Shown one piece after another: positions 39,883-49,543 of a stretch of 64,000 nucleotides of DNA. The translations under genes and the position numbers were made by a program. The stretch is from Candidatus Binatia bacterium (GTDB taxonomy: Bacteria; Desulfobacterota; Binatia; Bin18): contig CAXXHG010000015.1 of assembly GCA_963666315.2 (NCBI GenBank), positions 96,001 to 160,000 on the forward strand, in the 5' to 3' direction. Position 1 is the first letter of the stretch, and every line of letters begins with the position of its first letter. The notes beneath the pieces are model-generated. The model was not told the DNA's origin, did not search any database, and saw only the letters and a list, made by a program, of their open reading frames with translations.

Positions 39883-40720
39883 GGTATTGTCAAGGTGTTG
39901 GTCCCTTGTGAAGCGTTGGGGTGAAGTGCAGTAATCATGAGATGCCTTTAGATACCACAGACTCATATAAGAATCATCGGTTTCCGCCCGAAATCACCGC
40001 CCACGCGGTCTGGCTGTATCACCGTTTTAGCCTCAGTTTTCGTGAAGTCGAAGAACTCTTAGCCGAGCGCGGTGTCACCGTGAGCTATGAAGCCGTGCGT
40101 CAATGGTGTCTCAAGTTTGGCCACGCGTTCGCCCAGAAGCTCCGACACCAGCGAGGACGCCCGGGCGATACGTGGTATCTGGACGAGGTATTTATCCGCA
40201 TCAGGGGCGAGCGCTACCACCTGTGGCGCGCTGTAGATCAAGATGGCCAGACGCTCGATATTCTCGTGCAGAAACGGCGCAATACCGGAGCGGCCAAGCG
40301 CTTCTTTCGGAAGTTATTGAAGGGTTTACGCTATGTGCCCAACCGCCTCATCACCGATAAACTTCGTAGTTATGGGTCAGCCCACCGAGATATTATGCCG
40401 TCGGTGACTCACTGCACCACGCAGTACGCCAACAACCAGGCCGAAGTCTCTCATCAACCGACTCGGCAACGCGAACGCCACATGCCCGCTTCAAGTCTCT
40501 ACGACACGTCCAACGCTTCCTCTCTGTCCATGGACCGATCAACAACCTCTTTCGAGTCGGTCGCCACCTCATGAAGGCAGTCCACTGTCGGTTGTTCCGA
40601 GACAAGGCATTTGCAACCTGGCGGGACGTGACCACGGGGCTGGAAGTGGCGTAAGGATGCCCCTCATCTTACCTCACACTACGTGATTTTCGCACTCTGC
40701 CCCGATAACTTGACAGTACG
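39883..40720 (+). mobile_element. IS6-family element, copy 3 (transposase 39942-40654, frameshift near 40485)
   Basis: WYLDEVF, ITDKL; IRs GGTATTGTCAAGGT / AACTTGACAGTACG. Confidence 0.92.
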
Positions 40721-41157
40721 AGTGATAAGTATCGGTGCTAATGACCAGGGTGTCTGGTGCTGCTTGGCCTTGCACGCGGGCCGCAATATTCGGTGTCTCT
40801 CCCAGGGCCAATTGTTCAGTATGTTCGCCACCACCCACTGCGCCAATGACCACGGGGCCGGTGTGCAGACCAATGCGGGCTTGGATCGGCTGAGCCAGCT
40901 CAAGTCTCGGTAAGGCCGCCAGGATGTCCAGCCCGGCTCTGACTCCCCGAATCGCATCGTCTTCATGCGCCGCTGGGTAGCCGAAGTACACCAGGATGCC
41001 ATCCCCCAGGTATTGGGCGATATCACCCTCGTAGCGTTCAATGACTTGCCGACACGCGTCTTGATACGTGCCGACTATGGCGTGTAAGTCTTCCGGGTCG
41101 AGTTGTTCGGAGAGTGTCGTTGAGCCCACCACGTCGCAGAACATGACCGTCAGTTGC
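40721..41157 (-). pseudogene. Class III adenylate/guanylate cyclase domain fragment
   Basis: QLTVMFCDVVGST, QYLGDGILVYFGYP, RIGLHTG, GETPNIAAR; cut by IS6. Confidence 0.88.
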
Positions 41158-41159
41158 GT

Positions 41160-41312
41160 TAAAACGGCCAAGATCCAGTGCGAAATATATCGGTTATGAA
41201 CGCAGGCAAGACACTGCGAACAGACAACCCTTCAGGGCACTTGATCGCAAGCACAATATCGTCGGCCGGAATCCCGGCACGCATAGGATCACCCGGCTGC
41301 GCTTCTGAATCT
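41160..41312 (-). pseudogene. Diverged partial duplicate of the modC TOBE region
   Basis: SEAQPGDPMRAGIPADDIVLAIKCPEGLSVRSVLPAFIT versus ModC SEARPGDTMLAGIPANDIMLATKRPEGLSARNVLPARIT. Confidence 0.8.
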
Positions 41313-41405
41313 ATGAGTCACCTGTTCCATGAGACTCATATCGTGAACTGCCAATGGTTCTGTGGCAGAGAGAAAGCTGATACGGAGTCAGGAAAGGAGG
41401 CAGAT

Positions 41406-42023
41406 ATGGCCTCTCAGTCTATCATAGCACCAACGCGCGAACGGCAGCCCGTACTCCGTGGACATGTAGTCGCAGGAGAAAACCAGACGCGGCTCACAGT
41501 GGAGGTGGTCAGTGCCACCGACCTAGCTGTGGGGCTTGCGGCCCGTGTGAGACACAGACTCATCTATCCTACCGCTGTGCTTGCCCGTACCGGTGTGCTT
41601 GCCCGTACCGTAGCGTTTACCGTTGTGTTCGCCCTGGCGGCCTTTGCCTGCTCGGATGGGGGCGGTGATTTCGGTCATCCCAAGATCACCGAGGAGCGGA
41701 TTAGAAACGATATGGCTGGCTGGCGTACGAGTGAAGGGCTGGGTGGCTGGTATTTAGGTGAAGACAAACCCAGAGATAGGGTTGGCAGGCCTGGGGGTGA
41801 GGAGCTGGACGGCTGGTATTTTGAAGAAGCGGAAACGAGAGACATCGATATTCTGGAGACCGAGTACTCGGGTAACACGGCAGCTATAGTCATTCATATG
41901 AAAACCGTTGGCGCGGTCTCGGGCAGGTTCGCTGGCAAGCTACGCCTCCATTACGAGTGGGTGGCATTTGACGACTGGACTTTGGCTCGTGTAGAGAATC
42001 TGGACTTCAAGAGACAACCGTGA
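41406..42023 (+). CDS. Hypothetical protein with a lipobox-like motif
   Basis: AAGGAGG RBS; hydrophobic stretch ending AFAC; two GWY repeats. Confidence 0.55.
   Translation: MASQSIIAPTRERQPVLRGHVVAGENQTRLTVEVVSATDLAVGLAARVRHRLIYPTAVLARTGVLARTVAFTVVFALAAFACSDGGGDFGHPKITEERIRNDMAGWRTSEGLGGWYLGEDKPRDRVGRPGGEELDGWYFEEAETRDIDILETEYSGNTAAIVIHMKTVGAVSGRFAGKLRLHYEWVAFDDWTLARVENLDFKRQP
41570..41610 (+). repeat. 18-bp tandem repeat (about 2.3 copies)
   Basis: TACCGCTGTGCTTGCCCG TACCGGTGTGCTTGCCCG TACCG. Confidence 0.8.
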
Positions 42024-42173
42024 GGGGGAAATGTGGGCATTGCTGGTCTGATTTCCCATCTCGGCCTTGGCAAGATGGGGAGAGCATTAGCCTAGAACGG
42101 TGCACTGGAGAGAAATATAGTTATGTTGGCATGATCGGCTTGCCGTTCTCTTGGTTCTTTCCAGGATTGTATC

Positions 42174-43337
42174 TCACCTTGCTGACAGTCCACTCTCGTA
42201 CAGTCGGCATGACGTAGCCTTGATCACCAAGAACACCTCACCACCGACCTGCAGGCCGAGGTCGACAAACGACTTTTCCGTGACCTCAACCGTGAGCGGT
42301 GGCAGGTCCGGACTAATCTCAGCCGTCACCAGATCCACCGACCCGACTGAGCGCAGCTCGGTGATGCGCGCAGGCAAGACATTACGCGCAGACAATCCTT
42401 CAGGTCGCTTGGTCGCAAGCATAATATCGTTCGCCGGAATGCCGGCCAGCATGGTATCACCCGGCCGCGCTTCTGATCTGAGCGTCACCAATTCGACCGT
42501 ACAGGCCTGATCGCCCTCCCCTTCGCCTAACCGCACCCGACTCGTACTGCCGTTCCCATCCAGCAGGCGGCACGGGAGAATATTTTCAAAACCTTCTTGT
42601 TCTGCCTGAGGAAATATCTGCGTTTCGGTCAGCACCGCGCGTGGGTCGCCCTGGGCAATAATCGCACCATCCTTGAGGACGATCAGATCATCACACAAGG
42701 CCTGTACCTCAATCGGATCGTGGGAAACAAACAGCATCGGAATATGAAACTCCGTGCGGAGCCGCCTGAGAAACGGCAGGAGCTTGCGACGCAAGGTCAA
42801 ATCTAAGGACGCGAACGGTTCGTCCAGTAAGAGCAGCCGTGGGCCTGAACAGATGGCGCGTCCCAACGCCACGCGCTGACGCTCACCCCCGGATAGGGTT
42901 GTAACATCTCGATTGAGTAACGGCTGCAGTTCGAGAATATGCGTGACGATATCAAACGTCTCGTGCAACGCATGCCCGTTCTGCAACGCGCGCTTGCTGC
43001 CGGCCAGCAGGTTCTGACGCACATCCTTATGCGGAAAGAGCAAGCCGTCTTGGGGCACGTAGCCGATATGGCGCTGTGAGGGTTTGATAAACGTGCGGCT
43101 ATCAGTATCGAGCCACACGTCCTGTCCAAGAGAGATTCTTCCCTGCGCCTGACGGCGCAAACCGCAAATAGCCTCCAGTAGACTTGTTTTTCCGGCCCCG
43201 GATATGCCAAAAATTCCGGTCACCTGTTTTGCCGTCGTCAGGTCAACGCCGAGATCAAAGCAATCCAAGCTGAGCCGTATATTGACCCGCAGCGCGTCCA
43301 GAGCAGGCGCCAGAGCAAGCGATTCAGTCCCGGTCAT
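42174..43337 (-). CDS. modC: Molybdate ABC transporter ATPase
   Basis: GISGAGKT, LSGGERQR, LLLLDEP, C-terminal TOBE (GLSARN). Confidence 0.93.
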   Translation of the reverse strand: MTGTESLALAPALDALRVNIRLSLDCFDLGVDLTTAKQVTGIFGISGAGKTSLLEAICGLRRQAQGRISLGQDVWLDTDSRTFIKPSQRHIGYVPQDGLLFPHKDVRQNLLAGSKRALQNGHALHETFDIVTHILELQPLLNRDVTTLSGGERQRVALGRAICSGPRLLLLDEPFASLDLTLRRKLLPFLRRLRTEFHIPMLFVSHDPIEVQALCDDLIVLKDGAIIAQGDPRAVLTETQIFPQAEQEGFENILPCRLLDGNGSTSRVRLGEGEGDQACTVELVTLRSEARPGDTMLAGIPANDIMLATKRPEGLSARNVLPARITELRSVGSVDLVTAEISPDLPPLTVEVTEKSFVDLGLQVGGEVFLVIKATSCRLYESGLSAR

Positions 43338-44029
43338 TATCGAGCCATTCCGTGCAGCGTGCGTCCGCGGGACAAGAGTTCTGTACTCATGATGGCCAAA
43401 AATCCGACTGTAATCGCAATCAGCATGAGAAAGTCGGCTTTCCCAATATCCCCCACCTGCTGCGCACTGAAAATTGCACCTGCAACCGTCTGGGTGCGGC
43501 CAGGGATATTTCCCGCGATCGTGACGGTCGCGCCGAATTCGCCCATAGCCCGTGTGAATCCTAGAATAACCGCAGCAAGAAGTCCGCGTCGGGCCATAGG
43601 CAAGCTGTATTGAAAAAAGGTCGTCAGCCGACTGTGCCCCAGCGTTTGAGCCATCATTTCAAGTCTGGGATTGATACCCTCAAAAGTGGCCTTTGCCGTG
43701 CGTGCAACCAGAGGCAACGACATCGTCGCAGTGGCAATGACCGCGCCCTTCCAGTTCAGCAGAATGTTGAAATCAATACCAAGATTTTCGCGGCCCAGGG
43801 GTCCGTCCACAGCGAAGAGACGCAACAGTAGAAAGCCGACCGCCGTGGGTGGCAGAACCAACGGCAAACCCACGATTGAGGAGACGACGCTCTTTCCCCA
43901 GAACTCATACCGCGCCAAGACATAGCCCAGCACCGTCGCCGGCAACATCACCAGGAGGGTTGACACCAGGGCGACCTGCAGGGTCAAGAGGATGACAGAC
44001 CAGATCTCAGGACTCATTGTTTTGCCCAC
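43337..44029 (-). CDS. modB: Molybdate ABC transporter permease
   Basis: LPLVLPPTAVG, RAMGEFGAT, AGNIPGRTQT. Confidence 0.93.
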   Translation of the reverse strand: MGKTMSPEIWSVILLTLQVALVSTLLVMLPATVLGYVLARYEFWGKSVVSSIVGLPLVLPPTAVGFLLLRLFAVDGPLGRENLGIDFNILLNWKGAVIATATMSLPLVARTAKATFEGINPRLEMMAQTLGHSRLTTFFQYSLPMARRGLLAAVILGFTRAMGEFGATVTIAGNIPGRTQTVAGAIFSAQQVGDIGKADFLMLIAITVGFLAIMSTELLSRGRTLHGMAR

Positions 44030-44043
44030 GTCTTACGTAGCAT

Positions 44044-44916
44044 TCATTCCTCAAAATTCCGTGTTTCAAAAATCCGTGTTTCTTGCAAAAATCCGTGTTT
44101 CTTATACACGGCCGCGGCATCGCGACCACTGAGAAAGTCGAGATACTCCCCGACAAGCCCAGAGTTTGGACGATTCGTTAACGCCGTAGCGCAATACGTT
44201 ATCGCAGGGTGCAACGTCGAGGGAACCTCATACAAGAGCTTCGTCTTACCTGAAGTTGTAACATCTGTTCGATACACCACTCCGATAATCCTGGGATTAG
44301 ACTCTACCAGACCGAGCGTCGCACGTACGTCGGTAGTTGGTGCGACTTTATCTTTGAGTGCCTGCCACAAGCTGCCTCCGCCCAACTCAACCGACTCAAG
44401 AAAGGCTTTGGCATAGCGCCCCGCGGGGACGGCTTCCGGGTCCGCCAAGGCTAAAAATGAAAAATTCAGCGTAGCCAGTTCGCGCGGATCAAACGAATCT
44501 CGGAGTTGGAAACGAGCATCTTTTCGACTGACCACAACCAGGCGGTTGGACAAAAAGTTCCGCCGCGAGCCGGGGACAAGCAGATTGGCTTTTTCCAGGA
44601 AATCAACCCAGTCAAGATTTGCCGACAGGAAAATATCTGCTGATCGGGAGGCCTTAATCTGTTGAGCTAAGGTATTTGAGCCCGCAAAATTGTAGACGAG
44701 GTCGACATGATGTGTGCGAGCGAAAGACAACCCGATATCTTGTACAACATCGCGCAAACTGGCCGCCGCAAACACCACTAGGCTTGGTCTCTCTTTTCTC
44801 GTAGAATCGCTGCCGCTACAACCCGAGACTTGTACAGCCATGATACACACAACGAGTAAAAGAGTGACCGTCAGCCTTTCTTGCACGCAGCCGGCGCCCA
44901 GCGGTTTCTTGCGCAT
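44044..44916 (-). CDS. modA: Molybdate-binding lipoprotein
   Basis: VFAAASL, FAGSNTLAQQI, DIFLSAN, VPAGRYA; start uncertain; short tandem repeat in the 3' end. Confidence 0.92.
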   Translation of the reverse strand: MRKKPLGAGCVQERLTVTLLLVVCIMAVQVSGCSGSDSTRKERPSLVVFAAASLRDVVQDIGLSFARTHHVDLVYNFAGSNTLAQQIKASRSADIFLSANLDWVDFLEKANLLVPGSRRNFLSNRLVVVSRKDARFQLRDSFDPRELATLNFSFLALADPEAVPAGRYAKAFLESVELGGGSLWQALKDKVAPTTDVRATLGLVESNPRIIGVVYRTDVTTSGKTKLLYEVPSTLHPAITYCATALTNRPNSGLVGEYLDFLSGRDAAAVYKKHGFLQETRIFETRNFEE

Positions 44917-45104
44917 TTTTGCACTATAAAGGCCCGCCCGCCGGCAAGTCGAGGCCATACCGGCAGCATCGCTGACCTCCTGGCGCGGCAAAGACGGACT
45001 CGCCGGCGTAGCCGTTTCGGCTTCCGTCAAGCAAACGGTTCTTGACCAACTCGAACGCTGGGCAGTTGCACACTTCGGTGATCTGCACATCCCCCACACG
45101 TCGG

Positions 45105-45812
45105 CCGGACGCCAATGTTGTCAAGATTGGCGGGCAAAGCATGATCGACCGAGGTCGCAAAGCCGTTTCCCCTATCATCGAAGAGGTGGTGGAGAATCTT
45201 GGTCGGCATAAGATGATCATTGGCACCGGAGCTGGCACCCGGGCACGTCATGCCTAGAGTGTGGGCATAGATCTAGGCTTGCCCACAGGCGTCCTGAGCG
45301 TGCTCGGCACTTTCGTCAGTATGCAGAACGCCCGCATGTTGCACTATCTTCTCGCAAAACACGGCATTCCGTTTATTGAGCCGGTCCAGTTCCTGCAGCT
45401 GCCACTCTACCTGGCCGAACGGCAAGCGGTGATCTTCTTTGACATGCCGCCCTATACCTTCTGGCAACAGAACCCTGTCGCCGGACGGATTCCACCCCAC
45501 CGGACGGATACCGGGTCGTACCCCGTCAGTGAGGTCTTCGGTACCCGGTCTATGATCTATGTCAAAGATGAAGACGGACTCTATACGGCAGACCCCAAGA
45601 AGGATAAACACGCCACGTTTATTCCACGGGTGACAGTGGCGGAACTACGCGCAATGGATTTCCAAGACGTGGTCGTCGAGCGCGCCGTACCCGATCTTAT
45701 GGAAAACGCCCAGCATCGACGCACGATTCGGATCATCAACGGTCTCAAGAAAGGCAACCTGACCCGCGCCCTCAACGGCGAGGAAGTTGGTACGATCATC
45801 ACTGCGGACTAG
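45105..45812 (+). pseudogene. mosB: Molybdenum storage protein beta subunit-like (amino-acid kinase fold), 5'-truncated with internal TAG
   Basis: PDANVVKIGGQSMIDRG, IGTGAGTRARHA*S, MPPY, RTDTG, VKDEDGLYTADP, GNLTRALNGEEVGTIITA. Confidence 0.8.
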
Positions 45813-45980
45813 GCTAGGCCTTAGAGTGTGTCTCATAAATTCCGCGTGCCCTCCTGGAACGCTTAACCGATACGCTTTGTTATGCTGCCTAAGTGGACAA
45901 AGTCGAGCTTAGACGCCAGATTACTTACGAAAGGGAATACATGTCGGACGGAGACAAACAAAATGAGCAGCATCAACAGA

Positions 45981-46126
45981 ATGACCCCGTTCGACACTAT
46001 TCTCCTAGATCTGCTCGATAGCGCCCGGCTGGTGAAACGCCTGCAAATTATTAATGGCAACCGGCCCGAATTGCTCGAACCCGCCCTTGAGGGTGAAATG
46101 TGGCGACTATCGTCTATGCGGAATAA
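45981..46126 (+). pseudogene. C-terminal remnant of a second Mo storage subunit (alpha-like)
   Basis: PFDTILLDLLDSARLVKRLQIINGNRPELLEPALEGE | VATIVYAE*. Confidence 0.6.
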
Positions 46127-46145
46127 CCGCGACTGAGGGAATCTC

Positions 46146-47564
46146 TTATTTCACCGCCCACGTGGTACCGGTCGGACTGTCTTTGAGAATAATGCCCTGA
46201 TCAGAAAGTTGGTCGCGGATTTCATCCGCACGCTGGAAATCTTTGGACTTTCGAGCCGCCGCACGTTCCGCAATCAACGCCTCAATCGCATCAGGCGTTA
46301 GGCTGGCTTCGGCCAGGCCGGATTGCTGCTGCCGCAAGAATTGTTCCGGCGACTCACCCAGAAACCCTAGGACGTTGCCTATTTTCGCTAAGTCTCGGCG
46401 CGTTTCAGCAACCGTCTTCAGATGGCCGGCATCCAGCTCACGATTTAATTCGCGCACGGCGCCGAAAATGACTCCCAACGCACGTGGCGTATTACAATCA
46501 TCGTCCATGGCTGCGCGGAAACGGCTGACTAATGCAGAATCATCAGGCCCATCCACTATAGAGGAGTCACCAATCGCCTCGTCTGCCCGGGCGAGCGTCC
46601 CATAGATGCGGACTAATCCCTTCTCTGCCTCTTCCATCTTTTGGGTCGAAAAGTCGAGCGCCATGCGGTAGTGGGACGACAGCAGGACTTGGCGCAGAAC
46701 TTCCGGCGTTGAGACTTTCTTAAGCGCATCTCCAAGGCTTAAAAAATTTCCTAGCGATTTGGACATTTTCTCCTGTTCGACCGTGACCATGCCATTATGC
46801 AGCCAGTAGCGCGCCAAGGCACAGGATTTTGCGCCTTCAGATTGGGCAATCTCGTTTTCGTGGTGGGGGAAAATCAGGTCGGCTCCGCCACCGTGAATGT
46901 CAAACGGCTGGCCGAGGTATTTGCTGCTCATGGCCGAGCACTCGATGTGCCAGCCAGGACGCCCCTCGCCCCAGGGACTCGGCCAGGCCGGCTCGCCAGG
47001 TTTACTGGCTTTCCACAAGGCGAAATCCATGGGATGGTGTTTACGCTCATCCACCTGGACGCGTGCTCCGGCCGACATATCCTCTAAACGACGATGGGCC
47101 AGCTTGCCGTAGTCCGCAAAGCGATCGACCGCATAATACACGTCGCCGTCCACACTATATGCCAGCTGTTTGGCTTCGAGTTCTTGGATAAGGGCAATCA
47201 TGTCTGGGATATGCTGTGTGGCCCGGGGCTCATGCGTTGGCGGCAAACAGCGCAGCGCCTGCATATCTGTGTTGAATTCCTGGATATAGGCCTCTGTGAG
47301 CTCCTGGGCCGAGATGCCGCGCTCATTGGCCCGGTTGATAATCTTGTCATCCACGTCCGTAAAATTGCGTACAAAAGTGACTTCGTAGCCGGAGAATTGG
47401 AGATAGCGGTAGATAACATCAAATGCGACCAAAGCCCGCGCATGTCCGATATGCGAACGATCGTAGACGGTCACACCACACACATACACGCGCGCCGTAC
47501 CAGGAATGAGCGGGACAAACTCTTCGTCTTTACCCGTCAGCGTATTGTAGAAACGTAAGGCCAT
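46146..47564 (-). CDS. cysS: Cysteine--tRNA ligase
   Basis: YVCGVTVYD, HIGH, PGWHIECSAM, KMSKS. Confidence 0.97.
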   Translation of the reverse strand: MALRFYNTLTGKDEEFVPLIPGTARVYVCGVTVYDRSHIGHARALVAFDVIYRYLQFSGYEVTFVRNFTDVDDKIINRANERGISAQELTEAYIQEFNTDMQALRCLPPTHEPRATQHIPDMIALIQELEAKQLAYSVDGDVYYAVDRFADYGKLAHRRLEDMSAGARVQVDERKHHPMDFALWKASKPGEPAWPSPWGEGRPGWHIECSAMSSKYLGQPFDIHGGGADLIFPHHENEIAQSEGAKSCALARYWLHNGMVTVEQEKMSKSLGNFLSLGDALKKVSTPEVLRQVLLSSHYRMALDFSTQKMEEAEKGLVRIYGTLARADEAIGDSSIVDGPDDSALVSRFRAAMDDDCNTPRALGVIFGAVRELNRELDAGHLKTVAETRRDLAKIGNVLGFLGESPEQFLRQQQSGLAEASLTPDAIEALIAERAAARKSKDFQRADEIRDQLSDQGIILKDSPTGTTWAVK

Positions 47565-47571
47565 ATTTTCG

Positions 47572-49524
47572 TTATTGTCTTCCTTCAACCAATTGATCCA
47601 CGATAGACGGGTCAGCCAAGGTTGAAATATCGCCAAGCTGATCAATAGCGCCCTCACCGATTTTGCGCAGAATGCGGCGCATGATTTTGCCGCTCCGCGT
47701 CTTAGGCAATCCATCCGTAAACTGAATCTTGTCCGGCGTCGCGTGCGGGCCGATATCTTGTCGAACCGTTTTAATCAGTTCTTTGACCATCTCAGGCGAG
47801 GACTGCTGACCGGTCTTGAGCGTGACAAAGGCGTAAATCCCCTGCCCTTTCAAATCGTGCGGCACGCCCACTACGGCGGCTTCGGCAACAGCCGGGTGTT
47901 TACCGATCGCGCCTTCAATCTCTGCTGTACCCAAACGGTGGCCGGAAACGTTAATCACGTCGTCCACACGACCGGTAATCCAGTAATAGCCGTCTTCATC
48001 CCGTTTGCAGCCGTCACCAGTAAAATATTTGCCGGGATACATAGAGAAATACGTTTGGAAGAAGCGTCCATGATCACCATACAGCGTTCGCATGATACCC
48101 GGCCACGGGAATTTGAGACATAGATTGCCGGAGATGCCATTGCCTTCGAGTTCATTGCCCTGATCGTCAACGAGGCAGGGTTGGATGCCAAAGAACGGGT
48201 GCGTTGCCGAACCCGGCTTGGTCTTGGTCGCGCCGGGCAGAGGGGTGATCAGAATCCCACCGGTCTCTGTCTGCCACCAGGTATCCACAATCGGGCAGCG
48301 TTCTTTGCCTATTGCCTGAAAATACCAATGCCACTCCGGACTCTTGATCGGCTCGCCGACCGTGCCGAGAATACGCAAGCTCGACAGGTCATACTTGGCC
48401 GGCCAGGAGTCGCCTTCTTTCATGAGCGCACGCAGCGCAGTCGGGGCAGTGTAGAAGATGTTGACTTTGTGCTGCTCGACAATCTGCCAGAAGCGGCCAA
48501 AATCAGGATAGTTGGGTACACCCTCGAACATCATGGTCGTCGCGCGATTAGCCATTGGACCGTAGACGATATAGCTGTGGCCCGTCACCCAGCCAATGTC
48601 CGCCGTACACCAGTAGATGTCGCCGGGCCGATAATCGAACACATAGCGATGGGTCATGGCCGCATAGACCAGATAGCCACCAGTGGTGTGCAGCACGCCC
48701 TTCGGTTTACCGGTCGAGCCGGAGGTATACAGAATGAATAAGGGATCTTCTGCATCCATATGTTCAGGCTCACAGGTCGTAGGCTGCGAAGCGACTTGCT
48801 CATGCCACCACACGTCACGTCGGTTTTGCATGGCCACTTTGTGTCCGGTTCGTTGTACAACAACCACCTGCTGGATGGACGGACACTCAGCAACAGCTGT
48901 GTCGGCATTGGCCTTCATCGGGATATCATTTTTCGCACCTCGTAGGCCGGTGTCTTGGGTAATCAAGACCTTACATTCCGAGTCCTGGATCCGGTCACGC
49001 AAGGAGTCCGCTGAGAACGCGCCAAACACAATGGAATGTACGGCGCCTATCCGTGTACAGGCTAACATGGCCACCGGCAGCTCCGGGATCATCTGCATAT
49101 AGAGACAGACCCGGTCGCCTTTCTTCACGCCAAGCGCTTTGAGCGCATTGGCGAACTGACACACCCGTTCCAGCATCTCAGCATACGAGATCTTCTTACT
49201 TTCGTCCTCATTATTGCCCTGCCAGATCAGCGCAGTCTGATCCCCGGCACCGGCATTCACATGCCGATCCAGGCAATTATAGGAAACATTGAGCTTGCCG
49301 TTGAGAAACCATTGAATATCGGCCTTGTTGAAATCCCACTGTAGGACTTTGTTCCATTTCTGGAACCAGTCAATATGTTGCTCTGCCTGTTCAGCCCAGA
49401 ATCCTTCCGGATCTTGGATCGAGCGTTCGTACATATGCTGATAGGTCTCCGGGTCAATGGCAGTTTGCCCCTTGACTGCGGCAGGAATGTCGTAGACCAG
49501 ATTTCCGCCTTGTTCGTCTGCCAT
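47572..49524 (-). CDS. acs: Acetyl-CoA synthetase
   Basis: [33 protein letters not shown]. Confidence 0.97.
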   Translation of the reverse strand: MADEQGGNLVYDIPAAVKGQTAIDPETYQHMYERSIQDPEGFWAEQAEQHIDWFQKWNKVLQWDFNKADIQWFLNGKLNVSYNCLDRHVNAGAGDQTALIWQGNNEDESKKISYAEMLERVCQFANALKALGVKKGDRVCLYMQMIPELPVAMLACTRIGAVHSIVFGAFSADSLRDRIQDSECKVLITQDTGLRGAKNDIPMKANADTAVAECPSIQQVVVVQRTGHKVAMQNRRDVWWHEQVASQPTTCEPEHMDAEDPLFILYTSGSTGKPKGVLHTTGGYLVYAAMTHRYVFDYRPGDIYWCTADIGWVTGHSYIVYGPMANRATTMMFEGVPNYPDFGRFWQIVEQHKVNIFYTAPTALRALMKEGDSWPAKYDLSSLRILGTVGEPIKSPEWHWYFQAIGKERCPIVDTWWQTETGGILITPLPGATKTKPGSATHPFFGIQPCLVDDQGNELEGNGISGNLCLKFPWPGIMRTLYGDHGRFFQTYFSMYPGKYFTGDGCKRDEDGYYWITGRVDDVINVSGHRLGTAEIEGAIGKHPAVAEAAVVGVPHDLKGQGIYAFVTLKTGQQSSPEMVKELIKTVRQDIGPHATPDKIQFTDGLPKTRSGKIMRRILRKIGEGAIDQLGDISTLADPSIVDQLVEGRQ

Positions 49525-49543
49525 GATGCCCTCCTGTATTCAA

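Larger units (their letters stand above)
25342..46130. mobile_element. Eroded genomic island next to tRNA-Arg (right boundary uncertain)
   Basis: Integrase, RHH gene, defence-gene fragments, IS6 copies, many gene fragments and visibly GC-richer blocks; core genes resume at cysS. Confidence 0.5.

Noticed and set aside
44052-44101. AAAATCCGTGTTTC-like tandem repeat at the 3' end of modA
   Set aside because: Local slippage adding a few C-terminal residues; no sign of function
12596-45257. Three in-frame TAG codons at expected Tyr positions (12596, about 38261, 45255), suggesting amber recoding
   Set aside because: All lie in genes broken in other ways; many intact genes (ftsH, tilS, cofE) end in TAG; TAC/TAT to TAG is a single substitution
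45820-45845. TTAGAGTGTGTCTCATAAAT resembling an IS terminal sequence between the mos remnants
   Set aside because: No partner IR or transposase found; too short to support
46146-47714. 50-aa N-terminal extension of CysS overlapping acs
   Set aside because: Homology starts at ATG 47564 (MALRFYNTL); the extension comes from longest-ORF calling
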